Part shown: positions 39,701 to 49,000 of the stretch, one piece after another | How the letters are laid out: every line of letters starts with the position of its first letter | Numbering within the stretch: position 1 is the stretch's first letter | Assembly (NCBI GenBank): GCA_963665665.1 | Contig: OY762428.1 | Coordinates: 5,024,001 to 5,088,000, forward strand | Source of the DNA: Candidatus Kapaibacterium sp. | GTDB taxonomy: Bacteria; Bacteroidota; Ignavibacteria; Kapaibacteriales; UBA2268 | Direction of reading: 5' to 3' | Length of the DNA: 64,000 bases | Notes under the pieces: generated by a model | What the model saw: only the letters and a program-made list of their open reading frames with translations | What the model was told of the DNA's origin: nothing | Databases searched by the model: none | Position numbers and translations under genes: made by a program

Positions 39701-40751
39701 GGGTATTTCCCCCAAAATTGCAAGAATTTATGCTGACTAAAGAAGGACTTTGATTATTTTTTCCAACTTCTCCTACCCTGAAAGCAACTCTGTTGTCAAC
39801 AAAATTGCAATCAGAAACACTAACATTTGACAGTGTAGCAGGATATGATAAATAACTTGTATCGTCAGAACTGGATCCACGAGCTTTGAACATCAGGGCT
39901 GCTCCATTAGTAGCCATCGAAGCCGTACCATTATTTTCATATGTGCAACTTATGATTGATATATTCTGATAAGTTCCTGCTTTTAGATTGAAATCAAATC
40001 CGCACAGCCAAGGGAGAAAATAAGTACATGCACCGCTCCATCCAATTACTCCATTGTCATATATTTCGCAATTTGTAAATGATGCATTTTCTAATTTTTC
40101 AACATACAATGCTTTGGAAACATTACTATAGAACTTTGAATTTGATACAAGTACATTTGTTACAGTACTTGCATCGGTACTAAAATCTTTGTGAAAATAC
40201 CATCCATATATTAATTCTTTGAATTCGCAATTATTAATATTTAGATTCGATAGAGATGATGTTTTGTCAACATAAATACCTCTTTCCTGTTCGCCACATC
40301 CTGTTGCTGGGCTTGTGCCATCAACAATAATGTTTTCAAGTGTAATATACTCAATATTCTGTGAAGTAGCTTCTGAAAATCTGCCAACAGATATACCAGC
40401 CAAGCCATTAACTTCAATACTTAAATCTTGAATCAATATCTGATTTGATGATGTGCCCGAAGCAGATAACTGAACAACACCAATTTTTGGATCACCTGCA
40501 CCTGCCGCTGTTTGTGTTATTACTGTACTTCCACTACCAGCGCCAATCAGGCTGATTCTTCTGTCTATATTGATATTTTCAGTATAAACACCAGCTGCAA
40601 CCTGAATAACATCGCCCGGAGATGCTGCATTGATCGCTGCCTGGATGGTAGCATGATCAGCCGGAACATTTATGGTTGCCCCGAAGCTAACACCCGCGCC
40701 GAGTATGCACAGCATGATGGCGGCAAGCATTATTTGTACTTTTCTTTTCAT
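36780..40751 (-). CDS. Large T9SS-secreted protein: parallel beta-helix repeats + LamG-like domain + type A CTD
   Basis: AGGAGG RBS; VPADHATIQAAINAA..GDVIQVAAGVYTE and IQPAIDEA..GD beta-helix caps; YPNPF...NGAYVFRV...GKVLLNR. Confidence 0.88.
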   Translation of the reverse strand: MKRKVQIMLAAIMLCILGAGVSFGATINVPADHATIQAAINAASPGDVIQVAAGVYTENINIDRRISLIGAGSGSTVITQTAAGAGDPKIGVVQLSASGTSSNQILIQDLSIEVNGLAGISVGRFSEATSQNIEYITLENIIVDGTSPATGCGEQERGIYVDKTSSLSNLNINNCEFKELIYGWYFHKDFSTDASTVTNVLVSNSKFYSNVSKALYVEKLENASFTNCEIYDNGVIGWSGACTYFLPWLCGFDFNLKAGTYQNISIISCTYENNGTASMATNGAALMFKARGSSSDDTSYLSYPATLSNVSVSDCNFVDNRVAFRVGEVGKNNQSPSLVSINSCNFGGNTRGIENITTQNIDAENCWWNSNDGPSYASTSAGEWVVDASTGVTDFDPWLTKKVHNVTQNLWYNNIQPAIDEASAGDELNVHGTVNEPNQIVIDKSIKLYGFDANTSKVVHTGNTTAANYKPSDVWFLIEPGNNVKIKDLEFDGQAPGQITDWCICHMGYGFIKNCKFKNIKAGTYYGRAIVIFGHDINVENCVFNNIQRIGMHVRKGYDNFGSYTFSSAPNNINLIGNNYTGKGNGDWLDYGIEFGACATGSASNNTLTNCYGIADVDGSTSAGILATDYYGLGTDVEIKNNIIHHNSTGIYVGYGEGDNTEAVILENYLNDNGKNLIDNTGNDLDCSKNYWGFTGYTDVRNTIEFANTNGKTDFTPWLHSSSDEDTEESGFQINKDVVGVSSGSDQISGSRIDEAIDYVSNSIIHLTAGLYEPFTISKGVTLNGPALSTNNHENAVIWGNGALVTCATPDQSFLQNMVFVVRGEDHGNIGYVPSGVPSGYQGNTVFQECTFHRASDDYMAYEFPESFIETFSTCLSLEPEIRDGHHFSDGDGGTWTNCGPGKFFWTDPYCPPNENDLVLWLNPLLISSGKFLPVTVWPDDTQIKEDAVTPDSRKKPILSYAVGTGGIEGFPAVKFTTDYTNTGYGNSDIMVSPNDHTTGIGNSSPHDEITTGEDDKWNPDNTKAKNLFVVFQPLETNYSEPSTPYYSDERMCLFEAGGPLSGYNIYQENGDLVFGMWNRFQEKFIRFYPGNDDIYEHDKVYLAHLEYDNTNNRFRGIISVNDNGHSTVVSDWVDFAGISRDFTNDVTRDDASGVGGAARTCYHDYNTGETYSDNYNGKLADIMIYDAVWNTAGTQEVYAFLNQRYSGFGNGGFTYPGNSLKRGDWKIYEHSSLREGENQISDAYPNPFVSRTSFGLSLSQGQRVTVELFDSRGAKVLDVFSGELGQGMHDIYIDGEGLANGAYVFRVTGENFTTSGKVLLNR

Positions 40752-40904
40752 CGGCCTCCTCCTGTTATTTAATTTGTTAGTTGTCATTTTTTTACTCTTC
40801 AGAGAAATTTCAATTAAAAAATTTTGGCTTTGGTCATTGCCCGGGATTTTATTCCCTTATGTTTTCACTGGTACAAACATAATGAAGTGCAAACAGAAAG
40901 TAAA

Positions 40905-40986
40905 TACCTGAAAACACGTAATTTATAAAAATCCCGAAAACTACGTATTTTGCATCCGTGTTTCTACGTAGTGGCTTTCTACGTAG
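40905..40986 (-). promoter_or_regulatory. Three (plus one partial) 16-bp TACS-N8-SGTA boxes upstream of the T9SS gene
   Basis: Boxes at 40905, 40932 and 40955; adjacent on the minus strand to TTTACT-N17-TATGTTTG; homologous to 43878-43942. Confidence 0.75.
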
Positions 40987-41052
40987 TTCTCGGTATATGA
41001 GTTTGTATTTATTTTTATCGTTTTTCATTCTAATTTATCTGATTACATATAT

Positions 41053-43731
41053 TTAGCGGATTACAACGATTTTCTGCACTTCTGTACGCCCCCCGAATTC
41101 AAGGCGCAAATAAAAAATTCCGGGATTAAGATTTTCCGTATCAATCCGGTATGTTTGGCTCCCTTTGGCCTGATTTCCGTTGAAAATATCCATTACTTTT
41201 TTTCCGGAAACATCAAAAAGGCTCAGTGAAATTGCTCCACTTTCATCTAAACTGATATTTACATTGCAAATATCACGGCAGGGATTTGGCGACGGCAACC
41301 CGAGGCTTTGGTTGAAATCCCTTGAAACCGGGTCAAGGCTTTTAATAATTTCACTTGCCATAGCCGGGCGTTTCCCGTATTCGCCGCCCATGAAATATTT
41401 CTGGAGCAGGTAAGCTGTTACCCAGTCATTTTGCTGCATGGTTTCGGGCCTGTAGCCGGGGTATGGTTCCTCCTGGTATGATTCGTCAGGAACCCATATA
41501 GTGTGTTCTGTATCCCCGTTATTAAGCAGGATTACATCTCCAATCACGCCGCTGAAGTGATTTGAATATGTCTCGCCGGTATTGTAGTCGTGGTAGCAGG
41601 TACGGGCAGCCCCACCGATGGCAGAAAAGTCCATACCGTCCTGCGAGAAACCGTCGAAGCCAAATCCTGAATTTTGAATGGGAAAATATATAAACTGCTC
41701 AATATTGTCAATGCCGATACCTATTCTGAGTTCATCAGTCTCAGGGCTGTATCCTACATGCAGCAGATATGTAAACGTAGATTCCAGTGGGGATAGATAT
41801 TCCAGCCAGGGGAAAGAACCCAACAGTTCCGGATCGCTTATTCCGAGGGCATAGAACTTGGACTGATACCTGTTCCAGAACCCAAAGCATAGCTGGTTGT
41901 TATAATAATACAGGTTCATACCGCTCATAGGGCCGCCAATTTCGAACAGTGTCTGCCTGCCGTCCGAGTAATATGGAATATCTCCTTCAAGCGGGGTCTG
42001 TGGTTTAAAAACAATAAAGAAGTCCTTTGCTGCCGGATCCGGCATCCAGAGATTATCCATACCCGTTGTTACTTCATGGCTATAATGGCTTATCATAATA
42101 TCAGACTGTCCGTAACTGCCATGCCCGATATCTCCATCGAAGTGCACACCCGGCAGATCGGGAGACGGGAAATTAACAAATATTCCAGGTTCAGCTGAAC
42201 TTTCAACATATCTTGGCCTGCGTGCCTCTAAATCCATGTAGGCTTCCTCGTGTACCCATTTTGGCGAACAGTCGTCCCAGTAGCGTATATGGTCGCCATC
42301 TTCGTGATGAGTGAGAGATTGGGGATTGAACCACAGGGCAATATCCGGGGCGGGTGCGTCAGGCATTATCTGTATTTCCGTTTCCCCGAGTTTTTCGCCG
42401 GGAATAAATCCCACAGGATTCCCGGGGTCTTCAACAGCTTCGAATATTTCGAAAATAATGGTATTATTGAGGCCAAGTATTGGTATTTCGGGATTTGTAT
42501 TGAATTCGAACTCGAGTATTGTCCATTCCGAGCCAAGATCGGGAGGATCAATGGGAGCTTCCGGAACCCAGTGTGAACCGGGGCCAAGATCAATTTTTGT
42601 AAATACGTCAAAGAATGAGTCAACCCACCAGTCGGACGACGTTTTCTTTAGTTTGGGTTTCACAAGTATTTTCTTCGCAACGCTTGAACGATTTCTCAGG
42701 AAAACCTGTGCTTTTGTTAGAATACCGGCTTTAATCCTTATATCCCTGCCGGATTTAACTTCAATACCGGGGCCGGGGCCTCCGGGAGCGCCGGGCCAGG
42801 GGGGAGGCATGAAATGAATCCACCAGTTCGGTGCAATGAATACTATAGTGTCCTTGGGAGGATCGATAATTACAGTACGTGTTTCAAGTGAATCAAGTAT
42901 TGGCGGCATTGGCGGTGTTCCTATTGGGCCGGAAACATCATCCGGATTGTTCGGATCAGCAGAACCGCGGTAGAATACCCATTCATATACTTCATTATCA
43001 ATAGCGTCCTCTCCGTAAATACTGAAGCTGTTATTAAATCCGTAGGCCCCGAAAGCCCCATAAAATGCCGACCAGTTCCATCCCGGATCGCCGGGTTCTG
43101 CCATACCGGGGAACCAGTGTACATCTGTTGAAGGATCATCGTTGTAGCGGACAATGAAGCCAACATCGGTAATTAAATTGTTATTTGAATGGTCTCCATC
43201 CTCAGGGATTAGATGGCTGAACTGCAGGCCGTCAGAGAAATTTATCCATCCGCTATCATCGGTTTTGTCGTCATTGCCGAGTATCCAGCATTTAACTTTA
43301 ACACCTGCTATGTATGTTTCAGCCACGTTCCAGTCGTTATTTTCCTGTTGCCTGAAAGCCAGCAGCGGATCATTTGACTGCCCTTCAATATCATGAGCAA
43401 TAAAAAAAGCAGTTCCGGGATAGAACGTTATACTACTTGAAGAACTCGTGGCAGTCCAGCCGTTCCTGTGCTCATACCAGAAGAATCCTGCATTGCAGTA
43501 TTGGTGCATCGGGTCGGCGAACCAATCGGGATATTTGCTTGCATAGTACCATTCTTCAGGGAATGATAATGATACCTGCCCGTCAACCTGCGGGTGTATT
43601 GGGCTAACTCCGTCGAACATTGTGTAGGGCGTGATGTTGGTACTGTTTCCCCGCATTGGTTCCAGGGAGTATGCCCTGAAACTGATGCACAGGAACAGTA
43701 ACATAAGGAATGTTGTAATAGATTTCTTCAT
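41053..43731 (-). CDS. T9SS-secreted protein: unknown N-domain, Pro-rich linker, LamG-like domain, type A CTD
   Basis: AAGGAG RBS, signal peptide, PSPNP...PGIFYLRL...QKIVVIR; shares a C-terminal module with 36780-40751. Confidence 0.87.
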   Translation of the reverse strand: MKKSITTFLMLLFLCISFRAYSLEPMRGNSTNITPYTMFDGVSPIHPQVDGQVSLSFPEEWYYASKYPDWFADPMHQYCNAGFFWYEHRNGWTATSSSSSITFYPGTAFFIAHDIEGQSNDPLLAFRQQENNDWNVAETYIAGVKVKCWILGNDDKTDDSGWINFSDGLQFSHLIPEDGDHSNNNLITDVGFIVRYNDDPSTDVHWFPGMAEPGDPGWNWSAFYGAFGAYGFNNSFSIYGEDAIDNEVYEWVFYRGSADPNNPDDVSGPIGTPPMPPILDSLETRTVIIDPPKDTIVFIAPNWWIHFMPPPWPGAPGGPGPGIEVKSGRDIRIKAGILTKAQVFLRNRSSVAKKILVKPKLKKTSSDWWVDSFFDVFTKIDLGPGSHWVPEAPIDPPDLGSEWTILEFEFNTNPEIPILGLNNTIIFEIFEAVEDPGNPVGFIPGEKLGETEIQIMPDAPAPDIALWFNPQSLTHHEDGDHIRYWDDCSPKWVHEEAYMDLEARRPRYVESSAEPGIFVNFPSPDLPGVHFDGDIGHGSYGQSDIMISHYSHEVTTGMDNLWMPDPAAKDFFIVFKPQTPLEGDIPYYSDGRQTLFEIGGPMSGMNLYYYNNQLCFGFWNRYQSKFYALGISDPELLGSFPWLEYLSPLESTFTYLLHVGYSPETDELRIGIGIDNIEQFIYFPIQNSGFGFDGFSQDGMDFSAIGGAARTCYHDYNTGETYSNHFSGVIGDVILLNNGDTEHTIWVPDESYQEEPYPGYRPETMQQNDWVTAYLLQKYFMGGEYGKRPAMASEIIKSLDPVSRDFNQSLGLPSPNPCRDICNVNISLDESGAISLSLFDVSGKKVMDIFNGNQAKGSQTYRIDTENLNPGIFYLRLEFGGRTEVQKIVVIR

Positions 43732-43877
43732 GATATCTCCTTGTATATAAATGTTGAAATTAGTTTCAAATTCAGTGTACAGATAGCATTCATGCGGATA
43801 TATAAGAAATAATCAATATCGTTTCTTTATGCTATCCGTCTTAATTTCAACTTATTACAAAGAGTTGTAAAAGTAAA

Positions 43878-43942
43878 TACCATGAACATGGTATTTTATA
43901 TAAATACCGTGAAATACGTATTTTCATCCGTATTTATACGTA
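43878..43942 (-). promoter_or_regulatory. Three 16-bp TACS-N8-SGTA boxes upstream of the T9SS gene
   Basis: Boxes at 43878 (taccatgaacatggta), 43905 and 43927; spacing 27/22 versus 27/23 in the other copy. Confidence 0.75.
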
Positions 43943-43961
43943 GAAGGTGTGAAAATAATAA

Positions 43962-43989
43962 ATGCCCGATGCGCTTTTGCACCGGGCAT
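43962..43989 (-). terminator. Probable terminator
   Basis: atgcccg.tgc...gca.cgggcat stem just after the stop at 44019. Confidence 0.55.
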
Positions 43990-44018
43990 ATTATACTGGA
44001 ATTATAATGTTAAGGAAA

Positions 44019-45815
44019 TTAACGCCTGACTATAAAACCGGTAGAGAATTGGCTTTTTCTGTTTGTTACTATTAATATATAAGCTCCATTTGGAAGGCTC
44101 TGCAGGTCAATTTTTTCTGAATTTTTATCGCGGAAAACAATTGTTGAATTCATATCAATAATTTTAATTTCATATTCTGAAAATTCAGGAACCGATATGT
44201 TCAGATAATCGCTTGCCGGATTGGGATATATTTCAATATTTCCGTCTGTCAGGTCATCAGTAACAGAAAGATATCCAAGAACGCGTATGGATATAAAACC
44301 CTGAGCCGGCTGGTATCCATCCTGCTCAAATTGAATTTTGATATAATAATTGCCTTTCTCTAAACTGTCGGGAATAATAACAGTGTAATGAATTTTGCCG
44401 CTGCCGTCTGTTGTCATACTACTGTCAATATTGCTTATCGGATCATTCAGAATAAGATCAGTATTTGGTATCGGATTTTGATTCTCGTCAAGAAGAGTTA
44501 TTTCAAATTCCCGGCTCTGTTCCCAATACATATCCTGTAATTCTTCGGGAGAGACATGGAAGTAAGTTTCGATAATATGATTTACGTTGATTACTTTTTC
44601 AACATTCATTCCTTTTGCATATCCGTCTTTTTCAGTTTCAATGCTAATTGTATAATTACCGTTGGATATATCATCAGGGACTGTAATATTGATTATTGCT
44701 TCACCGTTTTCATCTGTTGTATAAGTATCGCTTGAAGAATCCATAGAATTTGAAATCTTTACTTCTACACCCGGAATAACATTGCCGGTTTCGTCACTAA
44801 CTGTTACGGTGAATGATACAGGTTCGCCAATATCAGCACTTGTCGTATCTTCAGGCGAAATGTGATTAATCAGAACAGACTGATCCACAGGATACATGGA
44901 ATGATACAATCCCATGTTGGTAGCAAGATAAAGCCTTTTATTGTCGTCAGCGGCCATATCAAGGATCGTAATTGGTTCGGGCATATTAGCGTTTAATTTT
45001 GTCCAGTTAATTCCATTATCAGAGGAACGGTAAATTCCTCCGTTTGCTGTTCCTGCAAAAATATAATCGCCACATGCAAAAAGGCTTCTGATACTTTTAA
45101 TTTCGAGCCCCTTGTTCGATTTTTTCCAACTGTTGCCATCGTCGTCAGTGTAATAGATACCATCGCTGACGGCGGCCACAATTCTGCCGTCGGCTGCTTC
45201 AACGAAGTCATAAGTAGTTACATTATAGAAGAAACCGCTTTCAGTCCAGCTTTCACCGTTATCAGATGAATAAAAAGTACCATTATGATGAGTACCTGCG
45301 TATAGATCGCCGGATTTTGTACAATATACGGCGTGGACATCGTTATCTTTAACTCCTATCCTTTTCCATTCTTCATTTGATTTATCATATTTATAAACAC
45401 CACCGTAAAACCACATTCCTGCAATCAGATTTCCATTTTTATCAGATGAAAGACATAATGCATTATTATTATCAAGTGAGTTGTTGTATTCATTCCAGTT
45501 TAGCCCATTGTCTCCGGAAAAATAAATTCCTCCGCCGTTAGTGGCTGTATATATATTGCTTCCTTCAACATGAAAATCCCTGATAAGTTTATTAGCAGGT
45601 GCCTGATCAGGGTAGGCCCAATTCTTAAGATCAGTTGAAAACAGAATGCCCTTTCCCTCGATACCAGTCAGGATAGTAGATGAATTAATTACTTCAACAG
45701 CTTGAACAACACCTGTTTCGGGAAGATCAATTTTTTCCCAATATGCATTTAAAGAGTAATTTAGAGAAAAGATAATCAGAAATGATAAGCCGATTAGAAT
45801 TTTGAAGTTAACCAC
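44019..45815 (-). CDS. T9SS-secreted beta-propeller + two Ig-like domains
   Basis: GGIYFSGDNGLNW / GGIYRSSDNGINW repeats, YTTDENGEA and TTDGSGKI Ig-like motifs, IYPNPA...NGAYILIV CTD. Confidence 0.87.
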   Translation of the reverse strand: MVNFKILIGLSFLIIFSLNYSLNAYWEKIDLPETGVVQAVEVINSSTILTGIEGKGILFSTDLKNWAYPDQAPANKLIRDFHVEGSNIYTATNGGGIYFSGDNGLNWNEYNNSLDNNNALCLSSDKNGNLIAGMWFYGGVYKYDKSNEEWKRIGVKDNDVHAVYCTKSGDLYAGTHHNGTFYSSDNGESWTESGFFYNVTTYDFVEAADGRIVAAVSDGIYYTDDDGNSWKKSNKGLEIKSIRSLFACGDYIFAGTANGGIYRSSDNGINWTKLNANMPEPITILDMAADDNKRLYLATNMGLYHSMYPVDQSVLINHISPEDTTSADIGEPVSFTVTVSDETGNVIPGVEVKISNSMDSSSDTYTTDENGEAIINITVPDDISNGNYTISIETEKDGYAKGMNVEKVINVNHIIETYFHVSPEELQDMYWEQSREFEITLLDENQNPIPNTDLILNDPISNIDSSMTTDGSGKIHYTVIIPDSLEKGNYYIKIQFEQDGYQPAQGFISIRVLGYLSVTDDLTDGNIEIYPNPASDYLNISVPEFSEYEIKIIDMNSTIVFRDKNSEKIDLQSLPNGAYILIVTNRKSQFSTGFIVRR

Positions 45816-46078
45816 TGTATTACCTCGTGTAAAAATTAGTAAAACCCGAAATTAAGGAGAATGCCGATTTCTCCGGAAAACACGAGAAAATAAACTCCGA
45901 AAATATTATTCGCAGGCAATGACCATTTTTAATTTAATGGAAAATGAATGAATCAACAAATTAATTTTTTTTAAGGATAATCAGATTACAAATAGTAGTA
46001 TAAATTTTGTATTAATATTGATAAACAAAATGTTTGTATATTTGTAACTTGATTTTATAGTAATTTAAAAGATTATTT

Positions 46079-49000
46079 ATGGCTAAAAGAGTTAAAAAAG
46101 CAAACGATACTGAAAATCGTGATACAAAGATTACCCCTGATTCAGAAAAAAATGAAGTTGATAATAAGTCAGAATCTAAAGTGAAAAGAAAACCCGGCAG
46201 GCCGAAGAAATCAACTGCTAAGAAAACAACGGAAAAACCGGCAGAAGTAAAATCGGAAGTAAAAGAGACAGCAACTCCAACGAAAGAAGTTGAAGCAAAA
46301 GTTGTGAAACCGTCTGCTGATACTAAGTCCGAACAGCCAAAGCCAGCACGCAAGCGTCCGGGAAGGCCGAAGAAAGCAACTGCTAAGAAAACAACGGCAA
46401 AACCGGCAGAAGTAAAATCGGAAGTAAAAGAGACAGCAACTCCAACGAAAGAAGTTGAAGCAAAAGCTGTGAAACCGTCTGCTGATACTAAGTCCGAACA
46501 GCCAAAGCCAACACGTAAACGTCCGGGCAGGACGAGAAAATCAACTGCAAAGAAAACAACGGGAAAACCGGCAGAAGTAAAATCGGAAGTAAAAGAGACA
46601 ACAACTCCTGCAAAAGAAGTTGAAGCAAAAGCTGTTGCTAATGCTAAACCTGATACCGCTAAAACGTCAGAAGAAATAAAAACCGTGAAGCCAAAGCCAG
46701 CACGTAAACGTCCGGGCAGGCCGAAGAAAGCTACTGCAAAGAAAACAACGGAAAAACCGGCAGAAGTAAAATCGGTAGCAAAAGAGACAACAACTCCCGC
46801 ACAAGAAGTTGAAGCAAAAGCTGTGAAACCGTCTGCTGATACTAAGTCCGAACAGCCAAAGCCAGCACGCAAGCGTCCGGGAAGGCCGAAGAAAGCAACT
46901 GCAAAGAAAACAACGGCAAAACCGGCAGAAGTAAAATCGGAAGTAAAAGAGACAACAACTCCAACGAAAGAAGTTGAAGCAAAAGCTGTGAAACCGTCTG
47001 CTGATACTAAGTCCGAACAGCCAAAGCCAGCACGCAAGCGTCCGGGCAGTCCGAGAAAGACAGTGGCAAAGAAAACAACGGCAAAGAAAACAACGGCAAA
47101 GAAAACAACGGCAAAGAAAACAACGGCAAAGAAAACAACGGCAAAACCGGCAGAAGTAAAATCGGAAGTAAAAGAGACAACAACTCCAACGAAAGAAGTT
47201 GAAGCAAAAGCTGTGAAACCGTCTGCTGATACTAAGTCCGAACAGCCAAAGCCAACACGTAAACGTCCGGGCAGGACGAGAAAATCAACTGCAAAGAAAA
47301 CAACGGGAAAACCGGCAGAAGTAAAATCGGAAGTAAAAGAGACAACAACTCCTGCACAAGAAGTTGAAGCAAAAGCTGTTGCTAATGCTAAACCTGATAC
47401 CGCTAAAACGTCAGAAGAAATAAAAACCGTGAAGCCAAAGCCAGCACGCAAGCGTCCGGGAAGGCCGAAAAGGTCAGCTGACAGGCAGCCAATATCAAAT
47501 GATAATGAATCGAAGGAAACAGTAACAGGCCTTAAAACAACTGATACTCAATCCGTTAAGACGGAGACAAAACCTGGTCAGCAGAAAACAACCCGTAAAC
47601 GTCCGGGAAGGTCGAAAAAAACTACTTCAATGAATACGGCGACAAAACCCGACGGGAAAAAAGAAACCACTAAAACTGAAATACCGGATGCTAAACCGGA
47701 AGAACAAAAAAAACAACAGCATAAACGGCACGGTGGTGGCGGACAAAGAAGATCGGCAAAGAAACCAGAAGAACAGCAAAGGGCAAATAGAAGAAATATT
47801 ACTCAGGCAATTGAAAAAGCCAAAATTGAAGATAATGATAATAATTCTCAGGTTGCTGACTCTCCGGTTAGTAAATCAAATGATAAAAAAGGGCCGGGAA
47901 GAATTGCACCGCAAAAAAATAAGAATGCACATCCCCAAAAGGATAGTAAAAGCCCAAACCAGCAACAGAAGCAAAGAAGACAGCCCGATAATCAACAATT
48001 AAGGCAAAATAAAGGACATCAGGACAAGAAAATTTCCGGGAAATACCAACAGAAATCGAAATTTCAGCAAGAAAAGCCAAACCTGGCAATGATTCAGGAG
48101 AGAAAGGAAAAAGAAAAAACACACTACCAGGAATTACTGAAGAAATTAGGATTGATTGAAAAAGATAATATCCTGATGGATAAAATTCCCAAGAAGAGTA
48201 TATTTTCGAGAAGAAGGTCCGCTCCGGTGAAAAAGGATTCAATTCTTACTAAAGAGCAAAGATCTGACCTGTTCCTTAGAATGTTTCATTCCGAAGTTGA
48301 AAAATATCTGAAGAACAAATTGTTTGTTGAACCCGGTTCCGAGATAGTCGTTGCAGTAAGCGGCGGAGTCGATTCCGTTGTTTTACTGGATACTCTTGTT
48401 GTTTTGGCAGAGAAGAATTATTACCGGCTTATTGTAGCTCATTATAATCATAATTTACGTGCTGAGGAATCCGATAAGGATGAGGAATTTGTTAAAGCCC
48501 TTGCAAAATCCTATGGGCTGACATTCCATTGTTCCCAGGGCAGGGTTAAGCAATATGCCGAGAAAAAATCTTTAAGTATTGAAGAATCCGCAAGAATATT
48601 GCGATATATGTTCCTTGAAAGGGTTGCCAGAAATGTACGTTCTACTCTCGTTGCTACTGCTCACAGCAAAGATGATTCAGCTGAAACATTTCTTATAAAT
48701 CTCCTGAGGGGTTCCGGACTGACCGGCCTGAGTGGTATTCCTTCGCAAAGAGCTCTCGGAAAAAATGTTACTCTTGTCAGGCCATTGCTGGCTATGAGTA
48801 AATCCCAGTTTAAGAAATATGCAGAAAAACGAAATCTTCAGTGGCGTGAAGATGAATCCAACGAATTTACCAATTATACCAGAAACAAAGTTCGCTTGGA
48901 CCTGATTCCTGAATTAGTCAACGAGTACAACCCAAAAATAATGGACGTGCTTAATAGAACTGCAAAACTGATCAATGGTGCAGATGAATTTATATCCGAG

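Noticed and set aside
37233-41616. DGR template/variable repeat pair
   Set aside because: Differences are synonymous rather than adenine-specific, and no reverse transcriptase is present
45841-45912. Third copy of the TACS-N8-SGTA operator upstream of the 44019-45815 gene
   Set aside because: Only loose ccgaaa-type similarity; the GTA half-sites and spacing are not preserved
46012-47451. 479-aa minus-strand hydrophobic ORF
   Set aside because: Antisense shadow of the tilS repeat region
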